NCBI GenBank assembly: GCA_028023455.1
Contig: JAQFVV010000001.1
Span: 17,484,001 to 17,548,000 of the forward strand
Direction of reading: 5' to 3'
From: Epiperipatus broadwayi
Taxonomy: Eukaryota > Animalia > Onychophora
DNA: 64,000 nucleotides
Part shown: positions 1-12,940 of the stretch, piece after piece
Position numbering within the stretch: the first letter of the stretch is position 1
How the letters are laid out: each line of letters begins with the position of its first letter
The notes under the pieces: model-generated
What the model saw: the letters and a program-made list of their open reading frames with translations, nothing else
Database searches by the model: none
Told to the model about the DNA's origin: nothing
Made by a program: the position numbers and the translations under genes

Positions 1-123
1 GTGAGCACGAGTAAAAATATAAATTAAACAATTAATAAGTTTAAATATATGTATAAAACTAAATTTCCAGTGTTTGAAATTATTTTATTTACTTTCAGTT
101 CTAGTTAGTATTTCATGTTAAGT
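1..123 (+). repeat. Outer element 5' LTR, left part
   Basis: Aligns to ~7985-8105 (gagtaaaaat...tatttcatgttaa) and ends at (TA)n 124-140. Confidence 0.85.
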
Positions 124-140
124 TATATATATATATATAT

Positions 141-1878
141 TATAACGGAAATGGTTATTCGTACGGTTGATTAATTATTTGTACCTTCAACTATATTTAT
201 TTCGATTATTTTATTCTATATTATACTTATTTATTATATCCATTTATTCTTTTCATAACTTTTATTTCTATCCATTTATTGTTTACAACTTAGATTCTTT
301 ATTATCTTATTTATTATTTAACCAACGCCGTTACAATACAAGCAGAGAGCTAATACAGATACAAACTTAATTTCATATCTATACCCTTGATCGAACCCCA
401 AGGCAATACGTACATATTATCTTGGCGTTATTTTTCCCGACCAAGATACCCTCGGCTGCTGAACAACGCAAACTATTTCAAAGAAACTTAACGAATGTCC
501 AGCGCTTGCTATTTATTTTTTAGAATTGGGATTTCGCACGAACAAGCAGCACATGAATATCCTAAACAAATCAGTATGCCCCTTTAATCACTACTTACAG
601 TTTCCCCCCTGTCGTAGCTTGGTGATAGGAGAATAAAGCAAGGATACGAAATTTAATGACAAATATGTTTAATAATATTTACACTTTATATAAAAAATTA
701 CATTATAATAATAAAAACACACACTTATAAATACATGGCTATAATAAATATATGCAAATAGATCAGATATAAAAGTTCTTAAAGTCCTGTTGATAGAGTT
801 CTATTTTTCTCAAATCATTAATTTTATATTTAGTTATAAATAGTAGACAAATGAAAATGCATGCATGCTTTTACCTAGGCTTATGTAATTGTCCCATGGG
901 TATTTCTCCCGAGCGCTCTTGATTAACTTCCTCAGATTGTGGGGTTAATTTCGTTCCAGTTTTGGCTTGTTAATTCCTTAGGTTCTCCATTAACTTCCTC
1001 AGTTTGTGGGGTTATTTTCATCCAGTTTGCTGGTCGATTCTTTAGGTTGAGTTTCAATTGACAGCTACAGAAGTGGCGATCCCTCTAGCAGGTCAGGCAG
1101 AGATCTTACATTGCGAGTTAGTGATGAGATGGCTTGAATCCGAACCCACGTCCCTTTAACACCACTAGCCACGCACTTCTTCCATTTCTTTTAGCTGTTG
1201 CTTCTCTAAAGTCTCTACTAGCAATGCCAGACAAAAATTGTAATTTTATTAATATCTTTCTTTGTTCGTTGTTTTTAAATTTTTTTAATTAAGACTTAGA
1301 TTTCCAACCAATTCTTATCATTATGTTTCTTTATTTAATTAGTGGCTGGAATGTAAGTCCCAATTAATTTAACAGATCAGGCCAAGATCTTCCGTTGATA
1401 ACATTTCTTTGTCCGTGGAATTTAATTTGTCCAACAGACTTTCACACCTACGGTCATATTGTTTCTTTTTTATATATCACATATTACATTTATTTTATTT
1501 AAAGTTTACAATTCATTCATTTTTTTCACATTTACATTTTACATTTACTTTAATTTGTTATAATATATTTTTTAAAAGAGAGAAGAAACACATTTTTTTT
1601 TATGCATCCACTTCCCCTCTCCCACAATAAACAAAATAACTTTCTAGCATTTGATTTACCAGAGAGAAAGAGACACATTTCTTTATTTATGCAGCCCCCC
1701 TCCCCTTCTCTTATTATTACAAAAATCCACAGTAATTTTGACATTAGAATTTCAATTTTCTTTTCCTTCCTTTCTTTTTTTTAAAAAAAATTTCTTAGCT
1801 AATTTATTTCACCTTTATCACTTTCTAATTTTATTTATAAATATATATGTGTGTCGACGACTTTACATGGTCATCACA
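141..1878 (-). mobile_element. Solo LTR (~1.74 kb) inserted in (TA)n, distantly related to the LTRs at 8119-9815 and 12941-14632
   Basis: Termini TATAAC (read as decayed TGTAAC)...CATCACA; (TA)n on both sides (124-140, 1879-1895); shares terminal CATCACA, similar length and patches such as ttttcccga..ggctgctg with the inner element LTRs; no coding remnant. Strand inferred from that homology. Confidence 0.7.
912..1030. repeat. Two ~70-bp tandem units inside the solo LTR
   Basis: attaacttcctcag(a/t)ttgtggggtta..ttt..tccagttt occurs twice. Confidence 0.75.
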
Positions 1879-1895
1879 ATATATATATATATATA

Positions 1896-2155
1896 AGTGC
1901 AATCACCCAAGGTCTCATTAAATTCGAATTATTGTGAATATTTTGCTCTAAGGCTTGGCTCTGGGATGTTGAAAGTGAAGGGATGTGATGTGATCATTGA
2001 GAAATGTTATTGATTAAGTCTTTAACCTGGGGATATAGGTAAATAGGGCAGAATCCATGATGTATCTGACATATATTTTGTACATGATTGGACTCAATGT
2101 ATTTTATCTGTATTCCCAAACTTGTTGGATCGATATACATTTTTTGACTGGTACA
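1896..2155 (+). repeat. Outer element 5' LTR, right part (ends ...GGTACA)
   Basis: Aligns to 14648-14913; similarity stops at gtaca/gtacg. Confidence 0.85.
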
Positions 2156-3149
2156 TCATATTTTTTTGCCCGGGTATGGATGGCCAAACTGTGGGGTTTT
2201 TAGATAAATACCTACACCCTGATTAATGAATATCTTAATAGATATGAAATATGCATGTATTTTTTTTGGCTTTGTTTTGGTGACAGAAAACAAAAAAGTA
2301 TGGTCTACAAATAGCTGGGACCCAGGGTTTAAAAGGTGATATATGTACACAGACTCAAAAAGAGGGGAAAGGAAAGAAAATATATGTGTGAGATTTTTTT
2401 CTTTGTGTGATTTTATATATATGTAAATGTAAAGAAAAAATAAAAATAAACCAAATCCTGTATGTTTTGGTGTAAAATGAACAACTCCTCTGAATCTGTA
2501 GAATATTTCGATATATATAGGAAATAACTAGATGATAAATTTGTAATAGCAACAGATAGTGATTAATAAGAGACTTGGGTGAACAAAATATTAATAAGAA
2601 AGCATGTATAGTTTTTGCTTGTGCCCTTACAAAAAAAATTGCCAATGGTTTAATGAATCCCTTAAAAACACAAACAGTCTAATATAAGATTTGAACTGGA
2701 AAAATGAAAATTGGGTAAAGAGTCATTAAAGCCTAAGTGTAAAAATAAATCATGTTAACTGATACTTACCAACCAAATGAGGCAGGATAAATGTCAAATC
2801 TGTCCAGGCACAGGAGAGCAACTGGGTGTAATAAGAATAAAAATAATAATAATGTTGTTAGTATTTATATGTAAGAAAATAGCTGAGTGGCAAGTAGTAT
2901 AATTTTGTAAATAAAGACAGTAGACAGCTCAGGAGACTAGTTAAATAGGAAGCTGGCCTAGTGGTAGGATGGGAGATGATTTTAGGAGGGAAGGGTAGTG
3001 TAGCCTGTTAAAGTTATATATAGAGAAAAATATTTTTTTTCCACAATAAATCAACAGATAAAAGAGTAGTCAGAATAAGAGTTCAAGAAACTCTTTTTTT
3101 TTAAGTAAAGTGTGTTGAAAATTGAAAATAAAGATCTTTGTTTTAGAAA

Positions 3150-4140
3150 TGGATCTGACAAAAAAGAGCAGGTGGATCATCAATAGGGAGATTCTGAAGA
3201 GACAGTGGTTAATGACCCACTCAGCCTAAACAGCCTAGAAGTCACTATAAAAATCCAGAAATTGATGTTTGAGATGATGCCCATGATGATAGAAAACTTA
3301 ACAATGATGATGAGTAGCTTGATGGCAACAATAATGTATGACATTGAAGAAAAGATCTGAACACAACAAGAAAAGGTAGAGAAAAATATTGGAAGTAGAA
3401 GTATGCCAGACAGAAAGGATCTGGTACTTAATGCAAGAATCGATCAACAAAGACTTTTAATACCAAAGAGGGGAATTGAAAGTATCACCAGTAGTGAACC
3501 ATTCCAAAAGGACTTTAGAAGAAAAACCAGTAAAAACAGATTCCAAATGATATTAACCAAAGCTGGGATCAAACACCAAACAAAGAAATAAAAGTAAATA
3601 GGAATATCACAGACAATAAAATTCAAACCCCATCATGTAGATCACAGGACCTTCATTGATATCACAACTGGTGAGCCTGGAGGGAGTCCACAAGAGTACA
3701 TAGAAAGCTTGAGGGAACTATTTGAATTTAAAGCAATGAATGAAGCTGAGAAGGTGGCTGTTGCAAGCCATTATCTGAAGAACACTGTGAAGGATTGGTG
3801 GAGATTGTTAACACAGAAATCCACCAACTTTGAAGAGTATGATTTAGCTGTGCTAAGGCAATTTTGGAGTGATGAGCACCAAGAAAATTTGGTACATACC
3901 TTGATGGTTGAAAAGTATCAAGGGAGTTAGCAAGGAAACTACACCCATTTTTTTCTAAAATGGGTGGCCAGGTTTTGAACACTAACCACTTTCACATACT
4001 CTGATGTACACATTATATGCATTATAAAAAACATTATGCCCATATGGATCCAGAGGATGATGTTAAGATGCTAAATTGCTACCATCCCAGAGATGGAAAT
4101 ACTTTTAACCTCCATTGATGATAGGAACACAGACCTGAAA
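3150..4140 (+). pseudogene. gag: gag of outer Gypsy element (stops and frameshifts)
   Basis: Retrotransposon capsid-like stretch ...SPQEYIESLRELFEFKAMNEAEKVAVASHYLKNTVKDWW at ~3650-3930; start boundary approximate. Confidence 0.75.
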
Positions 4141-4229
4141 TGAAAAAGTCAAGGTAGATGAAAGAAAACAGAAATAACCAAAAATTCAAGAACTACAATC
4201 ATTCATGAAGGAGATATATCAAGAGATCA

Positions 4230-4560
4230 TAACATGGTAAATCTCTTCCCAATTGTGCAGATGATGGTAGAGACCCAGAGAGTACAAGCACTAGTAGATT
4301 CAGGAAGCCAAGTATTCCTGATATTGAAAACTTGATTTAAAAACATGAAGTTAAAAGGGAAAGTAATGAAACTCCAACATGGCCATTGGTCTAACCTTGG
4401 CAAATGGACATAATAAGTGAGAATTACCAAATATGACTGGAGGTGAAACTCAATCAAATATCCATGGGACATGCCTTTTTATTCATGGCTGGACTCATTA
4501 CATGGTGTTGGAATCACATTTTTTAACACAACATGAGGGCATCATTGATTATTCCAGAAG
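4230..4560 (+). pseudogene. pol: Aspartic protease of outer element
   Basis: ALVDSGSQV active-site motif (gat tca gga at 4297-4305); later FLTQHEGIIDY. Confidence 0.85.
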
Positions 4561-4789
4561 AACCTGTTACATAAAGCAAGAGGCTATGAAATTTCATGAT
4601 ACCCAGAAAAATCAGGTGGATAACTATAGTTGTATCATTCAACCAATTGACCCTGCATTGATCTCGACCAAGATCCAAGAAACATTGGATACCAATCCAG
4701 AGACCAGCACAAAATTAAGGAAATTTTTAGAAAAATATTCAAATTATTTTCCCAGATCCTGGGTCAAATCAAAGGTTACACCCATCACA

Positions 4790-6040
4790 TTAAGTTGAAA
4801 GAGGAATCATATGTCTAATCAAAGAATTATCCAATTCCCTTCCAATACAAAGAAGAAGTAAAGAATCAAATTAAACAGATGATAGAGTGGGGAATCATTG
4901 AATGAGGACTGTCCCTTCACAATAATCTTTTAGTGGTTGTCAGGAAAAGGGGTGGTGACATTCATTTGTGCCTTGATCCTCATAAGTTAAATAGTATGAC
5001 CATTCCAGACAGAGACATCTTTCCACCTATCCACAAAGTCTTTGATTGGCTCGCTGGAAAAACTATTTTCTCTACTCTGGATTTAAATGCAAGTTATTCC
5101 AGATGGCCCTTGATCCAAAAGATCGAAAATATACTGCTTTTCAGTATAACAACTAAAGCCATGTATTCCAGAGGGTACCTTTTTGCCTCATAAATAGTGG
5201 CACAAGATTGATGCACTGTCTTAAACAGGCATTCTCATAGGAATTACAAGACCATATGTTCTGTTATGGTGATGATATTGCGATAGTGTCAAAGAACATA
5301 GAAGAGCACATTAAGTACTTAAACCTATTTTTTAAGGAGTATGAGTGTGAAAACATCACTATTAATTCAGAAAAGAGCTGCTTTGCACTAAAAAAAATAT
5401 CCTTTTAAGGCCATATAATTAGTGCAGATAGAATAAAACCTCATCCTGAGAAAATTAAAGCTATTGACAAATTCCCAATTCCAACCACTTGCAAGCAAAT
5501 TCAATCTTTCCTGGGGTTATATAATTTCTGCCATAAATTCTACCCTGGGTTTGTTTTAGAAACAACTAATTTGATTGTTCTTATGAACAAAGACAAAATA
5601 TGGGCATGGACCACCACCCATGATCAGGGTCTGCAAAGAATCAAAAATAAGTTCTTACAGGTTTTAATGCTTCACCACCCAGATTTTAACTGCCCCTTCT
5701 ACATCCAAACTGACAGAAGTAAGAGGGATCTGGGGCTGTGCTATTTCAAATAGATAAAAGAGGACAAACACCAAGTTCTCTACTTTATCAGCTGAACCTT
5801 AAAAGGGGCTGAAATAAATTATAGAATGATGGAACAGGAAACACTATTGTGTGGGCTCATCATAATCACAGACCATAGGTGCTTGGAATTTTTAAACAAG
5901 TTTCCTCACAAACAACTGTCTCATTCATTGAAGCAACCATACAGAAATTCAGGTATAGCATAATCTACTGCCCTGGACCAGAAAATGTGGTAACTGATAT
6001 TTTAAGCCATCACCCAATACCAATGAACCCTCAAAACCCT
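4790..6040 (+). pseudogene. pol: Reverse transcriptase and RNase H of outer element, fragmented
   Basis: VVRKRGGDIHLCLDPHKLN, IFSTLDLNASY, YGDDI (5265-5279), FYIQTD, TDH (~5870), YCPGPENVVTDILS. Confidence 0.92.
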
Positions 6041-6199
6041 GCACTGCATGATCAAACCACCCAGATTATGGTAGCTCAGAAGGTAACTACTATTGAGAAT
6101 GAACTGCAGGATTTAGGATATTGGCAACAAGCTGAAGAACAAATGGGCATATAATCATCAAACTACAAAAAGATCCACACAAAAGAAGGGAATAAGATA

Positions 6200-7243
6200 G
6201 TCCATGGAAAATAATAATTCCCACAGAATTGAAGATAAAAATCATACATGTACATAAAAATGGGAACTATGGACCTCAAAAAACTGAAGAAGCTATCTGA
6301 TGATGGTTCTATTGGCCCAATCTATATGCTCAAATCCTTCTTGTCCTGAGAGTTGTATTAAATGTGCTCAAAGTAAACACTCTAACAAGTACTATGTGGG
6401 CTCTGTCCATCCCATTACTGTAACAAAACCAAATGAACTACTTGTCCCATTACAGGAATTTCAATGGTTCTGGTACTTGCTCATTACATATGAAATATTT
6501 TCAAAGTACATATGGGCATAACTGATAAGAGCAGTGGATTTGAAAAATGCATTCACATGCTCCCAAAAAAAATTCTGGAAGTAGAAAAACCAGAGGTAAT
6601 ACTATCTAACCATGGGATTGCATTTACCTCAAAGGAATGGACCAGTTGTATCGAGAAACAAGGGCTTTATCACCGATTAATGTCCATTAAAAACCCCCAA
6701 TCTAATTCATGTGAAAGGATCATGAGAGAAATTAACAGACTCTTCCACACATACACATCTCATGATCATTGGGGATGGGTGAGGAAAAATGATGAAATTG
6801 TGGAATACATCAACCATACTTTGAATGAGGCTACTAGATTTATGCCAAAAAGGCTTCACTACAGAAAACAATGTCCCAAAAATATTTAATAAAATTCAGC
6901 CAAAAGAGTATCTTGTTATTCACCCTGCAAAAGGAGGCCTATTCCCATATGGAAAAGATGGTCCAGACAAGAATGAAAAGATGTCACAATCTGCCCCAGA
7001 AGTTCCATGAAGGTGATATGATATGGCTGAGAGCACCAAAACCAACTAGTACAACAAAGAGGGAATTTCAAAAAATTCTTCCCACTCTACCATGGACCCT
7101 ACAAGATCCAAAGAAAATGTCAGGATAATGTATTTTTATTAAAAGGAGAACAAGGAAATAGAGGATCTTTTGATGCAAGGCATTTAAAGCCATATGTCCC
7201 ACCAGATTTGGGGAAATTGTGTAAATTAATCAAGCCAGATTGA
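6200..7243 (+). pseudogene. pol: Integrase of outer element, fragmented
   Basis: CIKC zinc-knuckle half, ILSNHGIAFTS, PQSNSCERIMREI (DDE core) and YHGPYKI (GPY/F module, ~7088). Confidence 0.9.
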
Positions 7244-7891
7244 CATGACAAGGAACAAAATGGATTCGTATAACTGGACTAAAAAACTAAAAGGAAACAA
7301 GACTAAAAAGAAATGCCTAAGTAACCAATTCTTTTGTTTTAATCTGTGGTTAGTTAAACCTTGTTAGCTAATTAAGTCATGTTATAGATGTATAAATAAA
7401 AATGATGATGTTGAATGTCAAATTAATGTGGTTGGTGGGCTTGATAATTAACCATTTCTTAATAGCTTACAGTTCTAATATTGTAATGTTATTTTCAATA
7501 ACTTAAGACTGGTCCAGTGAGATATACTCTTAAAATAAATAAAAGATGTTATTTTAATGAAAATTAATTGTTATTTGTAAAGAAAAGTAAAATAAATAAT
7601 TTTGTTTTTCTTTTGTCATTTTAGAATGACATCAAATTATTTTGTTATAATTGTTTTTTTTTCTTTGACATCATTTTGTTAAATGATAGCTTAGAGGATT
7701 GAAATAAGAAAAAAATATTTTTTTATACAATCAGTTTATCAATTTTTAAATACGCTGATTGACCAAAACAATCCTATGTTCTTGTAATAAATGCGAACAG
7801 AAAATTTATGTATATTAAAATTCATGGTCATTTAATTTAAGTTTTTTTTATATTTTGTTTAAATAATATAAGCCAATAATTTTGTGAAGGC

Positions 7892-8105
7892 TGTAATAAA
7901 TTAAGAAAATGACTGCTATATGTAAATGTATCTTGCACGATCTATCTGTATAAATATTAAACTAATGTCAAGAATTTTTTCATGAGTTTGAGTAAAAATG
8001 TAAATTAAAGAATTAATAAGTTTAAATATATTTATAAAACTAAATTTCCAGTAAGTTGAAATTATTTTATTTATTTTCGATTTTAGTTAGTATTTCATGT
8101 TAACT
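7892..8105 (+). repeat. Outer element 3' LTR, left part (start tentative)
   Basis: ~7985-8105 matches 1-123. TGTAAT at 7892 after a weak purine run is the candidate start; it cannot be confirmed because the 5' LTR start is outside the window. Confidence 0.65.
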
Positions 8106-8118
8106 TATATATATATAT

Positions 8119-9815
8119 TGTGACAGAATTACCTTTTCGACCGTTTGTAAATGTTTAATTTACTTTTTTTTTTTTACGATCGAGACAACTGTCACGTCAA
8201 GCAAAAAAGCAAATATAGACTCATTAATTAAGTCTATATTCCTGTTTGAGATTACCAATGGAATTTTTCAGTATTATCTTTCCCGATCCGATCACTTCTT
8301 CAGCTGCTGGACCTTCAGCTGCTGGATATTCATTCATAAGAATGATTTATTTAAAATAATCCAGCGCTTGAAATATTTATAATTTTTTTCGAGATTTAAT
8401 ATTACTGTACTATATCAACATGTGTACTTTTACTAGAATAAATGTCTACTTAGTATTTTATAAACCCTATGAGTATATCATTATAACTAGTATGGTGAAG
8501 AAGGAAAGACGAGACGTAAAGAGCTATTTATAAATAAATATTGTTTAATATAACCTTTCACCTAAAATAATAATTCTTTAATATTAAACATTTATCTGTA
8601 GATCTTTCATAGTTCATAGTCTTTTCTTACGTATTCTTTGGTACAGAAAACTACTAATTATTTTTATTCAGATTCACATTTGCAATTGCATTTTTTAATT
8701 AATGTGGCCATTTATGAAAGTGTGTGCACGTGTGTTGTATTAAAGTTACTTTACCTAGGTTTTCTGGACATTGACGAGGGAATTATTATCCATCCTGTGG
8801 ATTACTCCACTTCTTTTGTAGAGATGGAATTCTTGGGATCTGGCTGGATTCTTTCTTGCAGCTTACTTAGATCATATTCTTGAGGCTTCCAGGACAGGGA
8901 AGGTGAACCATCAGGCAGGTGCTATCTCTACTATTACGGCATGGGGAAGATGACTTTACACCCAAGGTGAGTGTGGATTAACTGGTGTCCGTTTGTGGCC
9001 CCTTAGCCCTGCATTTTCAATGTTTCAACTTCTTGGTACATTTTTGTTCACAACTCTCGAACTCTGTCTGTCAGCTCAGCAGACTCAAAAACCACTAAAA
9101 CATGGCTATTTCTTTTAAAATTTTTCTTACTTAATTGTCCCACAATCCTTTACTTATCTTCTTGATTGTTTTTGGAATGTCATTAATTACATTTCACACA
9201 TTTATTTTACTTTCATTAAATACACTTGTTTTTTATTTATTTATCTTTTTTTAATTTTATTTACTTCCATTTCTTTTTAATAAATAATTTTCTTATTTAC
9301 ACACTCTTTACTTTACACATCTATACATATATATTTCATGCATTCACATGTGTATTTTGAAGAGATGATCTTTATCTTTTTTTTGTAAATCTATTTATTT
9401 TTATTTATAATTGCGACGGAAATTTTATGATTGCTAATTCTACAATCATTAACCCTTTTTATTTTACTTTTCTCTTTAAGATTTAATCATCAACTTCGAT
9501 GATCTTATTTTACTATTTCTTAAACTTTACTAATTTTAAATTTAAAAAAGTTAACATTGGAAGGTGGAAGATAAGGATCTTGGTTGCTTACCTTCCTTCA
9601 CTTTCTTTAATTACCATAATTGGTTTTTTTTCATTAATTGCATTCCTCACTGCCATTTTGATTTTTTAATTAAAACTTAACTTAAAATAAATTTATTTCA
9701 TTTTTCTAACTTTATTATCCACTTTCTATAACTTAGTTTACATAAAACTCACATTTAATATTATACTATATATTAAATGTACACATGTGTGATCACAGTG
9801 TGTGTGATCATCACA
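8119..9815 (-). repeat. 3' LTR of inner element
   Basis: Near-identical to 12941-14632; carries a private 15-bp duplication (accttcagctgctgg) at ~8300. Confidence 0.92.
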
Positions 9816-9836
9816 TTACACCACTCCCTAATTTTT
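9816..9836 (-). promoter_or_regulatory. Candidate polypurine tract
   Basis: Minus strand AAAAATTAGGGAGTGGTGTAA directly precedes the 3' LTR; imperfect. Confidence 0.45.
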
Positions 9837-10132
9837 AAGAATTAAAATATAATGAACTTTCATGTGAAGGCCATTTTCATTCTTAATATTTAACTTCTTT
9901 GGTGAGGTAGTCATGGAGAGACAACTAGGCAAAAGCTATACATATTCAATCCAATCGATCTGCGCTAATCAAACCACTTTAATCCCTGTGTAAGACTTTA
10001 ACATACACTGACATTCATATAGGGTTTGAACTCTGTGACTGGCATGGCATTTCTACTGCCCATTCTACATAACATAAACTTGATCTGAAATTATTAATAT
10101 TCTTGATACGCTAGGAAATTTCATCTAGCCTG

Positions 10133-10420
10133 GATAATGTGCCCAGGATTCTTACTGGAGCTACATTGTTTTATTTATTTTTTGCAACACACACATATTC
10201 TTGATTCTTCATATTTTTATTCTCAATGTGATTCTTAATAAAGTGGGGAACTTTTTTATCTCTCAACGATAATGTGCCCAAGATTCTTACTGATATTACA
10301 TTATTAATAAAACAACTTCTTAATTCTTGAACTTCTTGACGTACTCATTTATATTGAGTTTTTAATAAATTGGGAACTTCTGTCCCACACAGATAATGAG
10401 CCCAGGATTCTTACCGATGC
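10133..10420. repeat. Three ~130-bp degenerate repeats in the inner element 3' UTR
   Basis: gataatg(t/a)gccca(g/a)gattcttac at ~10133, ~10268 and ~10393, each near gggaactt / ttcttgat motifs. Confidence 0.75.
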
Positions 10421-11122
10421 TTCATTATTTTAAAACTTAACACAGATACTCACCTGCACATTTCCATCATATACAGAGATGGCTTAACCAAGCTTAGATG
10501 TGATCCATACACAATTCCTATACACACACACAAATGCCTCAATCCAGAATCTCGATCATATATAATTGACATTTAACACTTAACTTTACAACTATTATTT
10601 ATTTGATTTTATTTTATTACATATTATATTCATTTAATAAGCTTGGATGTTTATTGTTCCATCCTATACCCTTTTTTCATTTATTTATTATTTCTAGCTG
10701 CATTTGCAGACTTACAGATTATACATTAAAATTTAAATTCTTTTGGCTATCATAATGGCATCTTATGAGAAGGGTTTTATTATACTAATGGTTGACATAG
10801 TTACTACATTTTAATCATTGTTTCTCTTTTCTCTTATTTTTTTTTGTGCGCAGCTGTGTTCGACAGTCTTACACTAGGAGTTTGTCATTATAAATTAGGT
10901 TGTTTTACGTTACTTCCTTTTGTTTTTTCATACTTTGCATTTAAAATTTTATCATGTAAAATCTTATTATTATTTTATCCTCTCTTCCCAGTACCTTTCT
11001 TTTATTTACATTGATTTTTTACTTTTATTTTTACAATTTATAAGTCGTTCTCCATTCTCAAAATCCAGGGCCGTTAATATTCGGTCGAGTTGACATATCC
11101 GTAGTGTTAGATTTCTTTTAAA

Positions 11123-12174
11123 TTAGTTTTTATCTGGAGGTTCTTTATTACTCCTTTTGTTCAACATATACCCACTGGTGCTGGGCCATGGAATTATATT
11201 CCTATGTATACCAAAGTATCTGAGTCTTTTTGGATAATTTTCATCTGCATATCTCTCCATCAGTCTGGACACTTTATTTCTATCAAAAAATCTTCTCTCC
11301 TTATTTCCTTCCCAGTAATTTCGATGAGGGTTATATGGACCCATTTTATAATCGGATCTTTAGGAGGGGTTTTGATTCCTTGATCTTCAGCCATGTACCT
11401 TGGCCTAGTACTGTTGAGTGCATTATGTAATTCGATGACTTGTTCGACTGTTTTTCTTTCGGCACCTATAATCATTTTCTCTACATTATATATTTCACTA
11501 CTGGCTTGCATGCATTCGTTGGTGCAGTTCTGCTTATCATTATTAATTATTTCTTTCATCACTAGATTTTCTATTTCACTTTCCCTTTCCTCTACCTTTG
11601 ACTCTATTCTCTCTATTGCTACCTTTAACTGATTGACATCAAGTCGTAGACTCTCTATAACTTTCTCGTTAACATCATTAATCCCTTCAATTTTCTTCCC
11701 TTGCTCTGCTTTAAAATCCTCTATTTCCTGATATACTACTTCTAGTTTATCTTCTACATTGGTTACCTTTTCATTTACTTCAATTCTAACCTCCTGTGCT
11801 CCATTATCCCACTCCCCCATAATTCGTTGCTCACATTTCTCGAGTAAATCAATTTGGCTATCCAATCTTTTATTTATGGCCGCCAATTGACAAGTGGTTT
11901 GCCTAACATTTTCATTTAACCCTTCAAATTTTTGATTGAAGCTCTCAGTTATTTGTTCATGGAACTCTTCCATCATTCCCTTGTTTGATTCCTCCCTTTG
12001 CTTCTCTCTTTCTTTGAATTCTTTGGAAAATTATTGCTATTTTTTTAATATCTCTTTTAACATATTCATCACATCATGGTATTCTACATTATACCCTTTT
12101 TTGTGTTCATTAGTACTAATACTCCCCTCTCTGTTACTTTGGACATCCATCTTTGTTTTTGCTCTCGTGTGCAT
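11123..12174 (-). pseudogene. gag: gag-like coiled-coil ORF remnant (238-aa open stretch 11260-11976)
   Basis: Starts MHTRAK at 12174, downstream of the PBS; long E/K-rich heptad region; then an R/N/Y-rich tail in another frame (11123-11344); no capsid motif seen. Confidence 0.65.
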
Positions 12175-12919
12175 GAATCTATTTTTAAGTTTATGAATTA
12201 ATCTTTAATTATATTTCTACTATACTAATTCTCGTTTGTTCTTGACCCTTTTATTTCTATTTGCTAATTTAATTCTTTCTTTTATGATTGGCATTTGGTA
12301 CGCCAGTTAATCCCAACCACACCTGCTCATATTTTTCACCTACCTGCCTTAGATTCGTTTCCTCTCCCTGATCTGTCTATTTTCCTGACTATTACTCTCG
12401 ACTCTACTACGTATATATTTATCGATAAATTTATTTTACTACAACTGTTTGAAACAAGACACATATATAATTTATTTTAAATTTCACTGATACACTTTAT
12501 TTTACTATATTTATGACACCGATAAAAAATTTTCAAAATCTATTCTCAATTTATATTAGATTTCAACATATTTCTTTTTTTGATCACAATTACATAAAGA
12601 CAACATAAATATTCGGTCATTCTGAGTATACAGATATTTAAATACTTTTTTTTTCTTTTCGTTTCCTTCTATAACAGTAAATATGCAAAAAAAAAAAACT
12701 TTTAATAGATTTTCACAAAGCTAATTTTCCCCCTTCCCTTCTCTTTTCTTCTACACATGTGACTTTGAAACATATATAACGAACTATAAAGCAAAGAAAA
12801 AAACTCTCCTTCTCGTCCTCGCTTTCTCACCAAGTTAATTTTTTGGAATTAATTTGTATATGAATAATTTTTTAACAAAATTCTATCCTATACGTGACTA
12901 ATAATTGTACAGCAAATGG

Positions 12920-12937
12920 ATCCCGGACTGGCCCCCA
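12920..12937 (-). promoter_or_regulatory. Primer-binding site complementary to tRNA-Pro
   Basis: Minus strand ACA-TTT-TGGGGGCCAGTCCGGGAT; 16/18 match to the canonical tRNA-Pro PBS TGGGGGCTCGTCCGGGAT, 3 nt from the LTR end. Confidence 0.88.
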
Positions 12938-12940
12938 AAA

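Noticed and set aside
890-1000. CUGAGGA...GAAA with palindromic cccatggg in the solo LTR repeats
   Set aside because: No U-H after stem III and no stem I pairing.
2156-2180. Possible tRNA-Lys PBS of the outer element
   Set aside because: Only about 10/18 match and no TGG start; too decayed to call.
8262-8310. CUGAAGA...GAAA on the minus strand of the inner 3' LTR
   Set aside because: Stems are minimal and the core is not conserved in the sister LTR (CCGAAGA) or the solo LTR (CCGAGGG).
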